NCBI RefSeq assembly: GCF_000143415.4 | Contig: NW_003314291.1 | Coordinates: 1,220,517-1,284,516, forward strand | Direction of reading: 5' to 3' | Source: Selaginella moellendorffii | Lineage: Eukaryota; Plantae; Lycopodiophyta | DNA length: 64,000 bases | In this document: one piece after another, positions 1-12,863 of the stretch | Numbering within the stretch: the stretch's first letter is position 1 | Layout: each line of letters opens with the position of its first letter | Made by a program: the position numbers and the translations under genes | The notes under the pieces: model-generated | Seen by the model: only the letters and a program-made list of their open reading frames with translations | Told to the model about the DNA's origin: nothing | The model's database searches: none

Positions 1-627
1 GAGCTGCCAATGCTAGGTCGTGGGATCAATATTTGATGAGCATTATTCCACTTGTTTGAGTAAAGTCCACTGAACATTTAGGCCACGTATAAGTGGGACA
101 ACAATGGTGCTATAACTTTCATCATCATCCACCTGCGGAGTACAAAATGGATGACTTGGTGTTAGTTCGTTTTCCCCATCTTACGGTATATGGTTTATCT
201 AAAAGGCTCCTTGCTTAGTGGAAAGGACCATATTAAGTGTTGCAACAAGTTGAATTGCAAGTTTATGAGGTTTGGCATGACGTCTAGTAGGCTGATCCTT
301 CAGAAATTGTGCATGTGCAACAGTTGAAACGCTTCATACAAACTAATTAGGAACAACTAATACCACTTACAGATCCACCGATGCCTTCTTTTGACGGTCC
401 TCTAGATCCTGGCCCATTTACAAAAGCACCTTGATGGTCTTCCATTATTCCGAGAGGAGGGGATGATCTGAGGTTCAAGTGTACAGGTATGATGCTGTAT
501 ACTAATATTAGTATAGTGGGATTTTAATAGCCGTTGAATTAGTTTCAATCCGGACCACTTGCTCTTGTATATAAGTTAAGGTTTTTGGGTTAATTGATAT
601 GCCCTATATATATTCTATGCACTCACA
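1..627 (+). mobile_element. Degraded 3' end of Ty3/gypsy family A (integrase C-terminus, PPT, 3' LTR ~467-627)
   Basis: 1-435 is collinear with the reverse complement of 27885-28320 (ARSWDQYL..., GLSKGLLA.WKGPY) but carries stops. PPT GAGAGGAGGGGATGA at ~452-466. The LTR resembles the 174 bp family A LTR and ends ...GCACTCACA. Confidence 0.9.
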
Positions 628-2915
628 AATCCATAACTTTTGACTTGCTCGAAATAATTTATTGAACTAATGCTGTTTTTCTTTAAACCACATCTAAAAA
701 ATAATAATCAAACATATGTATGACATTTAACTTCTTTGTAGAATTTAAATATAAATTAATTAAGAATCGTCTTAAGAATTTTTATTAAAAAATATTAATA
801 ATAAATAAATAAATAAAAAAACAATTTTTACATCATCACACTTTAAAAATCCTTATTTTAAAACTAATCTTAACATTTTAGTAATGAAAGTATTTATAAA
901 TGTTTTAGTAATGATATTTCTAAAAGTACTTTTACTATTATATATTTATAAAATCTTTGGAATTAGAAATTCAAAATAGGGCATTAATAATACTTTAATT
1001 GGTAATGACATAAATATTTTAATAAATCTATTTATTAATTTATATAAAATAAAACAACATTTTCTAAAAATATATTTTATCCATTAAATTATATTGATAT
1101 TATAATTACTCCATTTGATGATACTTATACTTGATATATCTCTACAAGTGTTGAATGTATTGAACACATTTGTGGTGATCCACCAAATTGTAAAATAAAT
1201 ATAGAACTAAATACAAGCATTAGTGAAAATACATTAATAATATGATTACAATATTTAATAAATAATTTTAGAAAAATAATTAATTCTACAGCTTCTAATT
1301 TATTTATAATAATAACTTCTTTTTTTCAAATTGCTTATACAATACATGATTTTACAAAAAAGCCACAATTTCTGAATAAAAGTAATATTTCTTTAGAAAA
1401 TTTATTTTCTGAACTACCAAATTTTTATATTTTGACAGATATATTTTTAGCATCACTAAATGGTTATTGTACAGGGTTAATATTATTATTACAATGAAAT
1501 ATTTCAAAACAATATAAATATTTTTATATTGGAATTTTTTATATTTCCAATCCACCAAGTTTGTTCATCAGTCACAGAATATATCAAATATTGTTTAGTA
1601 TGATAAATGCTTAGATGTTGGAGAGAGTAAAAACAACATTTTCTGATCCCAATTATCCTAATACAATTATGATTATTCATAAATTATTTAAATTAATTAA
1701 TATATATAATATTTAATGTGATAAAGTTAATATATTTTTAAATATTATTGTTATAAAAAATATATCAAACTGTAAATCCTGTAAATACATGTATGTATAT
1801 ATGTGTATTACCCTGCATAGATTATATTTATAGATTGTTCATTTGGGACTTAATTTTGTGCATTCAATTTTATATATAATGAACCACAATTATTATATCT
1901 ATTTTGATATGCTGAGTACTCATAAAATCAAAATTTAAATTAATCAAAATAGAAAACACCTATGCTCTGTTTCATTATCTAGATATTTGATAATTAATTC
2001 CTAAATATATAATAACTGCATACTCTAGTCTAGACTACCGCCAAGGAATTAACTCTAGAAAAAGTTCACGGTGATTACACTTTGTTAGAAATGCATGAAC
2101 ATAAATGAGTTAGCAAGCAACCTCTCTAACACAAATGCGTTAGAACTCAGACACTGAAAAATAGAAGAATTTGATGAAATCAAGTTGCATTTTTGTTGCA
2201 GGTACGAGAGAGATTTTGGTGTAAAACTAATTGCAATGGTTTGTTATTGTGGTTATAGAAAACTAGAGGGCTTTCAATGTCATTGTTTTTGTGTTGGCAT
2301 TGTATTTCGTGCCTTGGAATATGCTACTGAACACATGAATTAATTAGAAACTAATATGAAACCTTCGATCCCCAAGAAGGCTCATGTGAGTGGTCGTGAG
2401 TAAGAATAAGCTTAACATCACTAAAATATTTTAAGTCTTGAGCAAATGAATATGCATTAGTGACAGGCTGGAGTAAAATAGGAATAAGGATAGGGATCAA
2501 GTGCTAACTCTCCCCCTTAACTACTCCTACATAGTGGCAATTGCCACTTTTTCCTGAATCATGATTGTCAAGATTGTAACCTTGAGTATCAAGGTCATAA
2601 TCTTAACTATTAGGAGTGTTGGCATTGGATTTCTTGCGAGTTCAACCTTGAACTTGTTAAGTCGCTAGTGGAACACTTCGTCATCATCGTTTTCCTTATC
2701 ATGCTCACTCTCATTATCATCTTCCATTATTGTAAGCTGCTTTGCCTTGAGAGTGCGGATCTCACTGCGGAGCTCTATGTTTTCTTTAGCGTGTCTTTGC
2801 ACATACTATCCCCTGGAAGGACATACTTCAAACGCTCTTTTTTAGCTACTGGATATTTCTTTGGATCTTGTTGAACTTTGCATTTAAGGGTTAGAAGATG
2901 ACGGTGTTAATCATA

Positions 2916-3540
2916 TGTAACACATTCTATCTCTTTCCCTTTAAGCCAATTGAAAAAGGGGTATTTTGCTTAATGAGAGAGTCTTTAGTGGCTATTTTAT
3001 CCCTATTTATCCCTTAAAGTTCCAAAAATCCACAGTGATAATATATCTAAATCTCATCCCATGATCACATGCGTTACACTCACTCTTTTAAGTTAACTGG
3101 AAAAGGGGCAATTGCTTAATGAAAGAGCCCTTAATAGTTATTTTATCCTTATTTATCCCTCAAGGTTCCAAGAATCCACAGTGATAGTATATTTAAATGT
3201 CATCCCATGATCATATATGCAACACTACCCCCCTTTCATAGATATCAATGTCTTTATTGATTATTTACTAACAACTCTTACTAAGCCAAGGGGAACTAAC
3301 ACTTTCATTTTCACACTAAATCTACCAATCTTTGAGATTTTCATCTAATATATGAAGCAATTAGTCATCCATCTATACTATAGTCCCACAGTGGATACTT
3401 TCATCCATGGATGCTCCACTAAAAGAAAGACGTACACATGAATGTTCAATATGTATGATTTCAAATTTAGGGGTAGAAATATAATTTACTCAAGGGTATA
3501 TTATATTTTAAGGAACTACTAATCAATGGGAATCAAACCT
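2916..3540 (-). mobile_element. Degraded, truncated TRIM copy with tandemly duplicated LTR
   Basis: 2916-3078 and ~3085-3224 both match the LTR at 33957-34118. 3225-3540 matches the TRIM internal region. PBS and second terminus are missing. Confidence 0.85.
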
Positions 3541-4140
3541 AAATTTTTACATTCTAAAATTGGTGGGCATTAAATAACCAATAATGATGTTAATTTTCTT
3601 TTAACATGTTTTTGAAGTTTGAGATTTACATTTATTTGGTTATTTTTAGGACTCATAATAGAAACATCTCCTTGTTGTTTTTGGTGCAACAAAGTAAGAT
3701 TCTAAAATCTTCTTTAGTCTCTTTGGTTGTTAGCTTATTTGATCTTTAACAAATGCATGCTTGTAAAGAATGATCTATATAAAAATAAAGGCAAGTAAAT
3801 AAAACCATACCAAAAATCAGTTTGCACCTAAAATAATACCTAATTTTGACTACATTATTTCCATAGGTATATTATGCAATACTATATACCCAAAAATTCT
3901 TACACTTTCAATATGTCATCAATAAAACCACTTTATCATTATGCTCAAATATAGACATATATGAGTTGCCATTCAACATTTCTAATTGTCCATATGATTT
4001 TGTTGTTATCTCTATGGTCTCAAATGTTTATCCCTGATTATAATGGTTGTGATATTTGATACGATCCTCAACCATTCTATCAAATTATCACACATGAAGT
4101 TACTGAGAGAAGAATTGCCACTCATTCACATTCCAATATC

Positions 4141-4988
4141 CTAGCTAGGAACAAACATCTTTCTAATGGTAAATGGTTTTAGGGTGAGTTGATTTGTTAC
4201 ACACCCAGGCACGAACAAAGTACTGCCATTGTGCTCGCACAGCCTCGACATGCACATTGGCAAACGCACTACAGGACTTAGGCCGGTTGCAATCCACAGG
4301 CTGCAGATCACTTCCCCGGTGCACAGCCAAAGTCGTGAAGTCCCAGGATGGTGAGGTCGTAGAAGTAGTCCATCTCTGGGAATCCAACAACCTACATTCC
4401 GCTGCACCTGCGCTCTCATCTTGACATAGGCTGGGGAGAACTGGGCCTTGACCACGCCCATGTTGCGGAGTCGTAGATGAAGCAGCATGGGCGTGGTCTT
4501 CTCTCCCCAAGCTCCAGTTCTCGCCAGCCCATGTCAGGATGACAGAGCAGTCCGACTTTGAAGCCATTCTTGTTGACAAACATGATTAAGCCCATATCAC
4601 TGTCTTCTACCTTCCACTAAAGCGGTGGTAGTTTCGTCCACTCTTGGGTGAAAGGATTGCACACCACCAGGCGAAACACACCATCAGAGCTGGCCCGAGG
4701 CAAACGAGGCCCCCTGCAGAAGCAATGACTTCATCGACAGTCCCTGGAGCAATGGAACCCGTGACCGAACCCAGGGGAGGAGGCAATGCTCGTAGAGAAA
4801 AGACATAGCCATTACCCGCAAGGATTCCTTGTCCTGTTTTGGCACCAGCGGCGGCGAAACGATGGATTGCCCCGGATCAAGGACCTCCAGGACTTGCAAA
4901 CACAAAGTGTGGCCAAGTCCACAAAGCTCAAAACTACCTCTAAGAGATCTTCTCGGTCACCGAGACGCACCGCCAGAGGCCCCTGCAT
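4141..4988 (-). pseudogene. F-box protein (F-box plus F-box-associated/kelch-like region), disrupted
   Basis: EDLLEVVLSFVDLATLCVCKSWRSLI F-box motif and downstream LVVCNPFTQEWTKLPPL motif in a different frame. In-frame stop at 4812-4814 plus frameshifts. Confidence 0.75.
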
Positions 4989-5926
4989 CGTGAAAAACGA
5001 TTCGCGAGAAGGGAGAACCCTTGCGAACGAAAAGGACGCGACACTGATTTCCAAGTTGTCTACGTGTCAATTCCATTCATTCCATCGCCGCAAATTTCTG
5101 AATGTTGCTTCGGGAGTGGGAGTTCCCATAGATCTTCAAGCATCAAACTACAAGCTCAATCACTATCTCTTCAATATTGTTTTGCAAATGTATCCCTCAC
5201 CCGATTTGAGCAACACGCTCATTTCTCCTTCTCTGTCCAATGCCGAGAAAGGAGTTCTTCCATGATATCTCTTTCCACTGACATCCAATCCGCCACTACC
5301 ACTACTGCCACCACTCGATCTACTACTACTCACTTCGATTTCACTCGATTTCCATTTGCTCCAAGTCGCGGCTCAAATGCAACAAGAAGATTGCTTCATC
5401 TTCGAGCAAGTTATTAAAGATCCCCAATCGAGCTGTGGACTTCCACCAACAAGTCATCCTCGTTGCATCTCGGCACCACCACTGCCACACCGTCAGAGGT
5501 GACGACGCCCATGTCATCCTCCTCCCTGACGGGCGATATCTCCCTCTTGCTGTTCTCCTCCCTCTCGTCTTCGGAATCCACGATCATCACGGGCGTCTCT
5601 TTCTGTGCCTGCTTCTACACCACATTGGCTACCTCGATCTTCCTCGAGAGAGGAAGACGACTGCTGCTGCTGCTTCCGGATCTTGCGCGAATTCTCTGCA
5701 ACCGAGAGAGAAGAAGCTTGTGCCTCCCGTGATAATAAGTTCGCACTTTGGCACCACTTCAAAAACAGACATGCTTTGATGGTCTCACGAAATTGATGTT
5801 TGCAAAAGATATCGGGCCTCCTTGGGCGCCCTGGGTACCAAGCGCTATCCGGTAGGTCACGGTGGGGTTGACCATACCGACTTAGCACTACTGGGTCACC
5901 GACGAGGGGGGCCAAGTGGTCAAGAG

Positions 5927-7560
5927 TCAGCGACCCCATTTACTAAGCAACCCGAGGGATGCAAGCGCCCTTTCAGGCTCTCCCGGATTAACCCTTCTTG
6001 CAACTCCATTTCTTTTATACTGGTGTTTCGCTACTGCGCCTTGGCTAATGGGATAGGTTTTCAGCTTACATGTCACAACACCCGCATCTCCGGGATGACT
6101 AGGATTGTTGGTTGTCAGCCTGGCATTATCTACTAGCACCATTGGATGACTCCATTTTCCAGCCGACATTTCCACAACCTTTCGATGGATTTTCGACCCA
6201 GAAGATTCATCCACAAGCCCACATATGGCATGGAATGCTCCAGCTGACCAGCCGTCAACCAAGCAGTAGTAATGCTTGATCCCGGAGAGATCCTAAAGTC
6301 TGCGATCATGGACAAAAAATCTCGGCAACACAGCTCGAGCTGGCTCGCTGCAGCTGCTAGAATTGTCGTAAAGATGGTCTCGTCTGCCTTGAAAGCCAGC
6401 AAGATCATCTCTCGAAAGAGATCCAGTGCCTCGCTCACGCGTTCGTTCGACATAGACCGCGATGATCCTGCTTCTTTTCAAATCGCTCAAAGGCTGTTCT
6501 CGGGGATTGGATGTCACAGCGTTTATCTCTGGCATTTCGATGAAGATTTTCACTGCTTCCTTGAATAATCTGCAGCTGACCAGCGAGGAAAAGAGAGTGT
6601 TGTAAGACAACAGGCATGTGCTCAAAGAAATCTTTGCAGTGGTGGGGGTGCGTAGCAAGCGAGCATGGTGTTCCAGGAGACCATGTCCAAAAGCATCAAA
6701 CACTGCTCGAGCTTTGTCGATCTTGGAGTGATCGGCGTATAAAACAATCATGTTGGTCCAGGCTGACAAGCAACTGGGATCGTCGAGTGTGGTTTCTTGC
6801 ATGATCTGAAACGAACTCTCCCCATCTTGTACATGCCCAAACCGTGCAGATGCCTGAAGCATCACGCTCCAGGTGATTGAGCTTCGCTCTGGCATAATTG
6901 CAAACAGTTGCTTCGCATCCGCGTAAGTTTTCAACATAGTTGCCCAGGAAATCATGCTTCTTCCTATTGCAAGCAGGCATTGCATCAAAGGGATATTTCG
7001 CCACGGAGAAATCCCCAGCCTAGGCAAATGCCGAGATTATAGTGTTCTAGGCAGCTAGCGTTCTTGCACCAACGCTCTGGAACACACGTATTGCCACTGA
7101 GAACATAGCGAGGAATCACAGCCGTCCACGTGTACTCGTCGTGAGCGGACATGATTTGAAAGAGCTCCATGGCGTTACTGTAATGCCCGGTCTGGGCATA
7201 TGCGCACATTCTGGAGTTCCACGACACCACGTTCCTGACGTGCATATTCTCGAACATACATTGCGCGAGATCCACAAGGCCGTTCTCGGCATACGCATTC
7301 ATCATAGCCATCCACGCGACCACGTCCTTGGACGGCATCCTGTCAGACCCAGCAAGCGTCGTCCAGATGCCCTATCTGGGCATATGCCTAGAGAAGGATA
7401 TTCCGGAGAAGGGATGCCAGCGAAGATGGAGAGGGTGTGCTCGAGGCTGCCACAGCGCGCATACATCGGTAGCGATCGTCGCGACATTGCGCGCAGCGTG
7501 CTGCGATCGAGGGTTTTGACATTGGCAATCCTGCGAAGGGAATCTTCTACTTGCTGCTCG
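5927..7560 (-). pseudogene. PLS-class pentatricopeptide repeat gene remnant with E-domain fragment
   Basis: PPR motifs (MYARCGSLE, DVVAWMAMMNAYAENG, NVVSWNS, EALDLFREMIL..F..DETIFTTILAAA) are spread over several frames. Boundaries are approximate. Confidence 0.85.
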
Positions 7561-7616
7561 TTTGTGCGAAAAGGAAGAGAGTCGTCCCCCTCACATTTGA
7601 ATTTAGTCTCTGTGCC

Positions 7617-8250
7617 ATGGGAAAAGAAGCGCGGTCGTGTCGCTGGAGCAGCAGCTGGAATTCGCAAGGAAGGGGCATGTTTGCGTCCAGGGATTGTTCT
7701 CCAGCGCCGAGATCAAGGTTCTCAGGCAGCGCGAGGAGGAAGAAATGCTCTTACAAACACCGCGTCTTGCCCGGGCATGGATTTGCGTAGCGTCCAAAGC
7801 GTCAAGCAAGCCAGAGCGTTGATCCAATTCAAGGTATATAATTTCTATAATTCTGTGGATAGAAGTTTTCGATCATCTTTTCTCTCTTGTTGTTCCAGGG
7901 GAATGACGAACTTGGTTTCATGCAAATGTTCCATCCCAACCGAAGAGCTTCTTCTCTGGACGAATTCGTGCTCCACCCCTCGAGTCTGCCAGGCCGCAGC
8001 GGAGCTCCTGGGATCAAACAGTGTCGATCGACAAGCTTTTCGTTTCCCTTCTTCTAAGGACAAACGTAAGAACTTTCGCTTGTACCAGGATTGTCTCTTC
8101 ATCAAGCTCCCAGGATTCAGTGTTACGAAGTGTCACTCTGATCTCAACATGGTCCCGCTCGACACCTCCATTCCCCTGAATGGAGGGGAATCGAATGGAT
8201 TCCCCTCCATTCACTGCAAAAGGCTTCAAATTTTCGCTCTTGTCACAGCC
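7617..8250 (+). pseudogene. Phytanoyl-CoA dioxygenase (PhyH)-like Fe(II)/2-oxoglutarate dioxygenase remnant
   Basis: QQLEFARKGHVCVQGLFS N-terminal motif, then QAAAELLG..RLYQDCLFIKLPGFSVTKCHSDLNMVPLDT (HxD metal motif region). Frameshifted, and no C-terminal His motif was found. Confidence 0.65.
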
Positions 8251-10615
8251 TAGATTCCAGCTTCTCTCGGACGACGACTTCCTATGCTGCGGAAACCACC
8301 AGCTAGAAACAAATTGCGAACATTCATAGCGGAAGAAAAACTATGGAAATTGCCTTTCCTTGCCTTTAGTAAATATGGCCAGAGACAAACGCTCAACCTG
8401 TGCGGCACGGGGACTCTCCATTTGCAATGAAAAACCGTGAAGAATATAAATTTGTAATACTGAGAAGAGGTGCCAGTCAGTTGCTTTGACAGAAGTGTGG
8501 AACCATAGCTTGAGAGCCGAAAACAAAAAATCAATAAACAAAAGTTTATGTTTTGATCTTGATATCTGTAAAAATCCCAGTTGGTCGGGATGTCTAGTCG
8601 TGGGAAAAATTCAGTCCCATGATACAGCTACTTATACATAACAAAATACGTGCTTGTATTTGAGGAGGAGGAGGTACGGATGGAAAATGTTAGCACTCAA
8701 AAGGAAGAGCACTTAGGGTGTAGAAGACTGAATGGATTAGATTCAGCCTCAAATAAGCGGTTTATATGCTTTATTATTATTATTACCTAGGTATGTATAT
8801 CCAAATATATATTTACAGACTTTATATATTTAATTAATAAAATAAAAATATTATTTAGTTGTTTTTATTATTTTCTAGTTCCTAATTATGACTCCAAAAT
8901 ATTGATTACTTAATACTTATCCTGAATAAATGTTTTTAAACTTTCAAAAGCAGATTTTCTTCCAAATGTTTCTGCCTACCACAAGCTTGGGCTTAGACAT
9001 CTAAGGCAGCTCAGGCGCAAGTCAAACATAGACTTGCAATGAACAGTTGTAGCAGCAGTTGCAAGCATGCTTGGTATATGGCAACCTTCTTTGAAACTAA
9101 AAACAAGTGACAAAAGTGAAGAAAAAAATAACCTGACGTATACGTTATTCTTATAGACCAAAGGGTCCAACACTAGAAAATTTTGTAATAGCATCCTACA
9201 GCTGCTTAGAAGTTTCTGAAGTTTCTTTTCAGATTATCCCGTCCATTTAAGTACTTCTCAAAACCTGAAAAGGTAGTAACATTGTAGATCAGAACTTCAT
9301 AACAAATCTCAACACATCAACCACGGCATAGATCCATTCAAGCTCTGTTAAAACCATAACATGGATGGGTAATATGCTCCAGATTCAACAAACCACGATA
9401 AGGAAGAAAAATAAATCATCAAAAGAAAGTGTGTTATGAGGGAACAGATGCTGATTGGAGTTCATTCAACTCCAGTGAAACGTCGAAGTGTAACATCCCT
9501 TTTAGTCAAAAGTTTCAATTCGTTTTTCATACACCTTATTCACATTTTATTCAGATGTAGATTACCAGTTCTCTTTGATACAGTCGAACGTGCACACAGC
9601 CAGTGGAGAAGACAAGATGATCAAATAGCAAAGAATGGAACAGTATCATTAGAGAAAACTCCCAAGGAATTCATACCATTTGAAATATTCCGATAGATCG
9701 CCTTGTTTTTGTTCTCTCCTGGGAAGGAGGAATGCAACTCTACCATCAGACTCACGTGTTCAAATCTTTGGCTTGATGTACTGTATAGATACCAAGGAAA
9801 TCATACGATTCTACTACAAGATTCAGAAATCCCCGGCTTGTATTAACCAGTATTTGATTCTCTTCTGTAAGTTGAAAGCTATCACTTTCACAGCCCAAAT
9901 TCAACGAGCTTATATTCCAAAACCATGCTATAAAACAAAAAAATGCGTCACTCTTCGTGATGGTATATGAGGTAATCCGCGTGATGAGAGAAAAAAAATT
10001 CTGGAAGTTTAGCTCGTTAGATTCGAGAACAACAAAATGATTTTGCTGAGTAGGAAAGCATGTTTCTGTTACCATTTTCCGTGGCGGCCGGGATTGGACG
10101 GCGGGTCAAGGGAGCCGATCAAATCTTCCTTGTTTGCTTGCGTGGTGATCTTGGTAGAGGTAGCAGTCTCCTGAGATTTGGTCCCCGGATGATTCACTCG
10201 GGTCCCTCCCTTCGCTTTAGAACTTTTCACAGGGGATCAAAGATTTATGCCCCCCACCTCGTGTCGACGACTTTCGGCCTTGCGTTTGTCATCTACTGAG
10301 TAGCAGCATCTCGCAAGCGATTGCTTAGTCTTCGTTAGTCGGTCTGTTCACCTGACGAATGCGAATTAGTAACTGCACAAGACGTACCTTGACACCGACA
10401 GTTCACTGTGCCGCTACGAGGTCAACACCTTGGAACTTCATACCTCTCGGAGCTCTCCTGGTATAAATACTTGACACTTCCTTCCACTCGAGATCAGTAT
10501 CTTAAAGCTCCTTGGTTGTCTCCGCCCCTCTTCTCGGAAAAGTTGGCAGCTCCTGTCCTGAAGCAAGCTCGTCCCTTGTTTGGTCACAATAGCGTCGTCT
10601 CTGTATACCAGACTT

Positions 10616-11672
10616 ATGGAGGGCGGTAGCGCTGCTACACAGCAGGAGAGGACCTCCAGCGTCGACTGGAGAAACCAACAGCAGAACAAGTGCTTCCCCA
10701 TCGAGTGCTTGCCCGAAGATGGAGCCTTCAATGCACCTCTCACTGGACTTCCTCCTGTTCCCTCCCTCATTAAGAAGGTGATTTCTTGTTGGCATCCTTG
10801 CCCTGGCTCAGTTCTTTCTTTTCCAGCTGCTGTCCGAGTTCCTGGGAACTTTTATCCTGATCTTCGCAGCGGCCGGAACTGCGATCATGAACGAGAAATC
10901 CCACGGAGCTCTTGGAGTCCACGGCCTGGCTGGAGGAGCGGGTATCACGGTCATGGTCGTCATCTTTGCAACCGGGCACATCTCCGGAGCTCACATCAAT
11001 CCTGCTGTAACTGTCGCATTTGCTACCTATCGCCATTTTCCATGGTTCCAGGTTTGACTTGTTGTATAGTTGATGGAGCTTTGATTAAGTTTTCCCGTGC
11101 CCCGCAGGTCCCGCTTTATATAATCACTCAAGTGGTGGCCACCATCTGTGCTGCCTTCGTTCTCAAAGGCGTCTATCACCCGGATCTCAGTGGCGGCTGC
11201 ACGGTTCCAGTCGGTCCGATATGGCAGAACTTTCTGTTTGAGACTATCCTGACTGCCATGATGATGTTCGTGGTCACAGCAGTTGCTACCGATTCCAGAG
11301 CTGTACGTTTTAACGTTGGTTTTGCTTTTCTTCTCGTCTCTTACGTTGATCTTGATCACAGGTTGGAGAGTTGGCTGGTATTGCTGTCGGAGCAACAGTT
11401 TATCTGAACAATCTCATTGCAGCGTGAGTCGTTTTCAGTAGCTCGCTAGCTTTTAGTTACCTGAAATTTTGGCCAGGCTGATTTCCGGAGCGTCCATGAA
11501 CCCGGTTCGTAGCTTGGGTCCCGCCATCGCTGCGAACAACTTTCATGGCTTTTGGATTTATATTGTTGGTCCTTTCCTCGGCGCTCAGATTGGTGCTGCC
11601 GCCTACACTCTGATCCGTTTCAAGGACCTGGAACCACAGCAGCTCCAGCAGCGCCGAAGCTTCAAGAAGTGA
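10616..11672 (+). CDS. Nodulin26-like intrinsic protein (NIP aquaporin, NIP-II/NIP3-like), copy 1
   Basis: Five exons 10616-10777, 10827-11051, 11108-11302, 11362-11423, 11477-11672 with GT-AG introns. Motifs GHISGAHINPAVT and GASMNPVRSLGP. TATA box at ~10463. Confidence 0.95.
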
Positions 11673-12863
11673 GAGCAGAAGCAGGGAAGAATGTACAAAG
11701 CTATTTGTGTGCTGTTTGTGCTCAATAACTTCGGATGAAATAAGCGAGGAAAACAAGAAAGCAAACAAGAAAGCAATCACGAATCATGTGGATTGATGTG
11801 TGTGGTATGTACTACAGAAGACATTTTCAAGTGTGCATAATTCAAATCCTAAAGAAAAGAAAAAACCGAGTCAAAAGCGATATACAGTTGTTGACACGAT
11901 TTAATATAAGTCTGCAAACAGCAATGTGGAGGCTTCCAACGGAATTGGTAAAGGACCAAAAAAGCATGGCATGGATAATCAAAGAGAAGGCACCAAGCAT
12001 GACGCAGAGACAAACAAAACGTCTTTTTAAGGCTAGCCGGGGAAAAACAAAGCTAGCAACCCATGTCTTTTGTACTTGCCTGTAGCCCGATGGTGTAGGA
12101 AGAATTGTCCCGAGTGGTGTCCATAGGTGCATGACTTTGGATCAACACGATCAACAGTCCTGACATTCCCCCTGTTCGGCACACACTATAAACATCAGTT
12201 TAACATCCGCTTAACTTCTACCTTACCGCAGCTAACTTGCACAAAAGACCACACTGCTTCATGGCTCTATAGTTCCTTTTGGTTGTCCTAAGATGGAAGT
12301 GTTCCAAGACTCGTCATCCGAGTGACCTCCAAATGCGTTTCGAAATAGCAAGCTAGCGTGGACGGACGGCCGAATGGTACGGCTGTCGCATTGCAGGGAA
12401 GGCAAGATGCTTGCTCCTCGTCTCTCATTTCCGGAAAGAAGGCTTGCTTCCACTGTCTTCTCCGTAGGGACAGTAGGGGGCTACGTCTCCCACATTCGAA
12501 TCTGTACAAAAGAGATATAGACGGACTAAGGAAGAAAAATAAGAATGAGTACCGTGTATCATGGTTGCGTTGTTAGAATCACCATATCAAACGATCCGAT
12601 CTCGCAAAGAGATTTTGATCTCAGGCCCTGTACACGAATTAAAAAAGTTAAAATGCACAGACGAGAGCAGCTTTCTTACTACAGTTTAGCGTAGGGACCT
12701 CCAAAGATTATGAAAAGCACGCTCGTAGCTATATAAACCGTGCCATGTTGCCAAAGTAGTGTGTGCTTGAGTGCCTTAGCACTTAGTTTCTCGAAGCTAT
12801 AGCCATTTCCTCCTTTCTTTGCTGGACCTTCCTGTAATCCATCAACATCCGCCAGTGAGCAGC

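Noticed and set aside
630-2000. Possible P-loop (G..GSGK-like) or Ulp1-protease (CGFFV) remnants on the minus strand
   Set aside because: The sequence is extremely AT-rich and the motifs need several assumed back-mutations, so they cannot be supported without a profile search.
7141-8253. 370 aa plus-strand ORF as a real gene
   Set aside because: The first half is antisense to the PPR remnant, and the second half only partly captures the frameshifted PhyH remnant.
10470-12863. Boron-sensing AUG-stop minimal uORF (as in Arabidopsis NIP5;1) in the NIP 5' leaders
   Set aside because: No ATG-stop occurs between the TATA boxes and the start codons of either gene.
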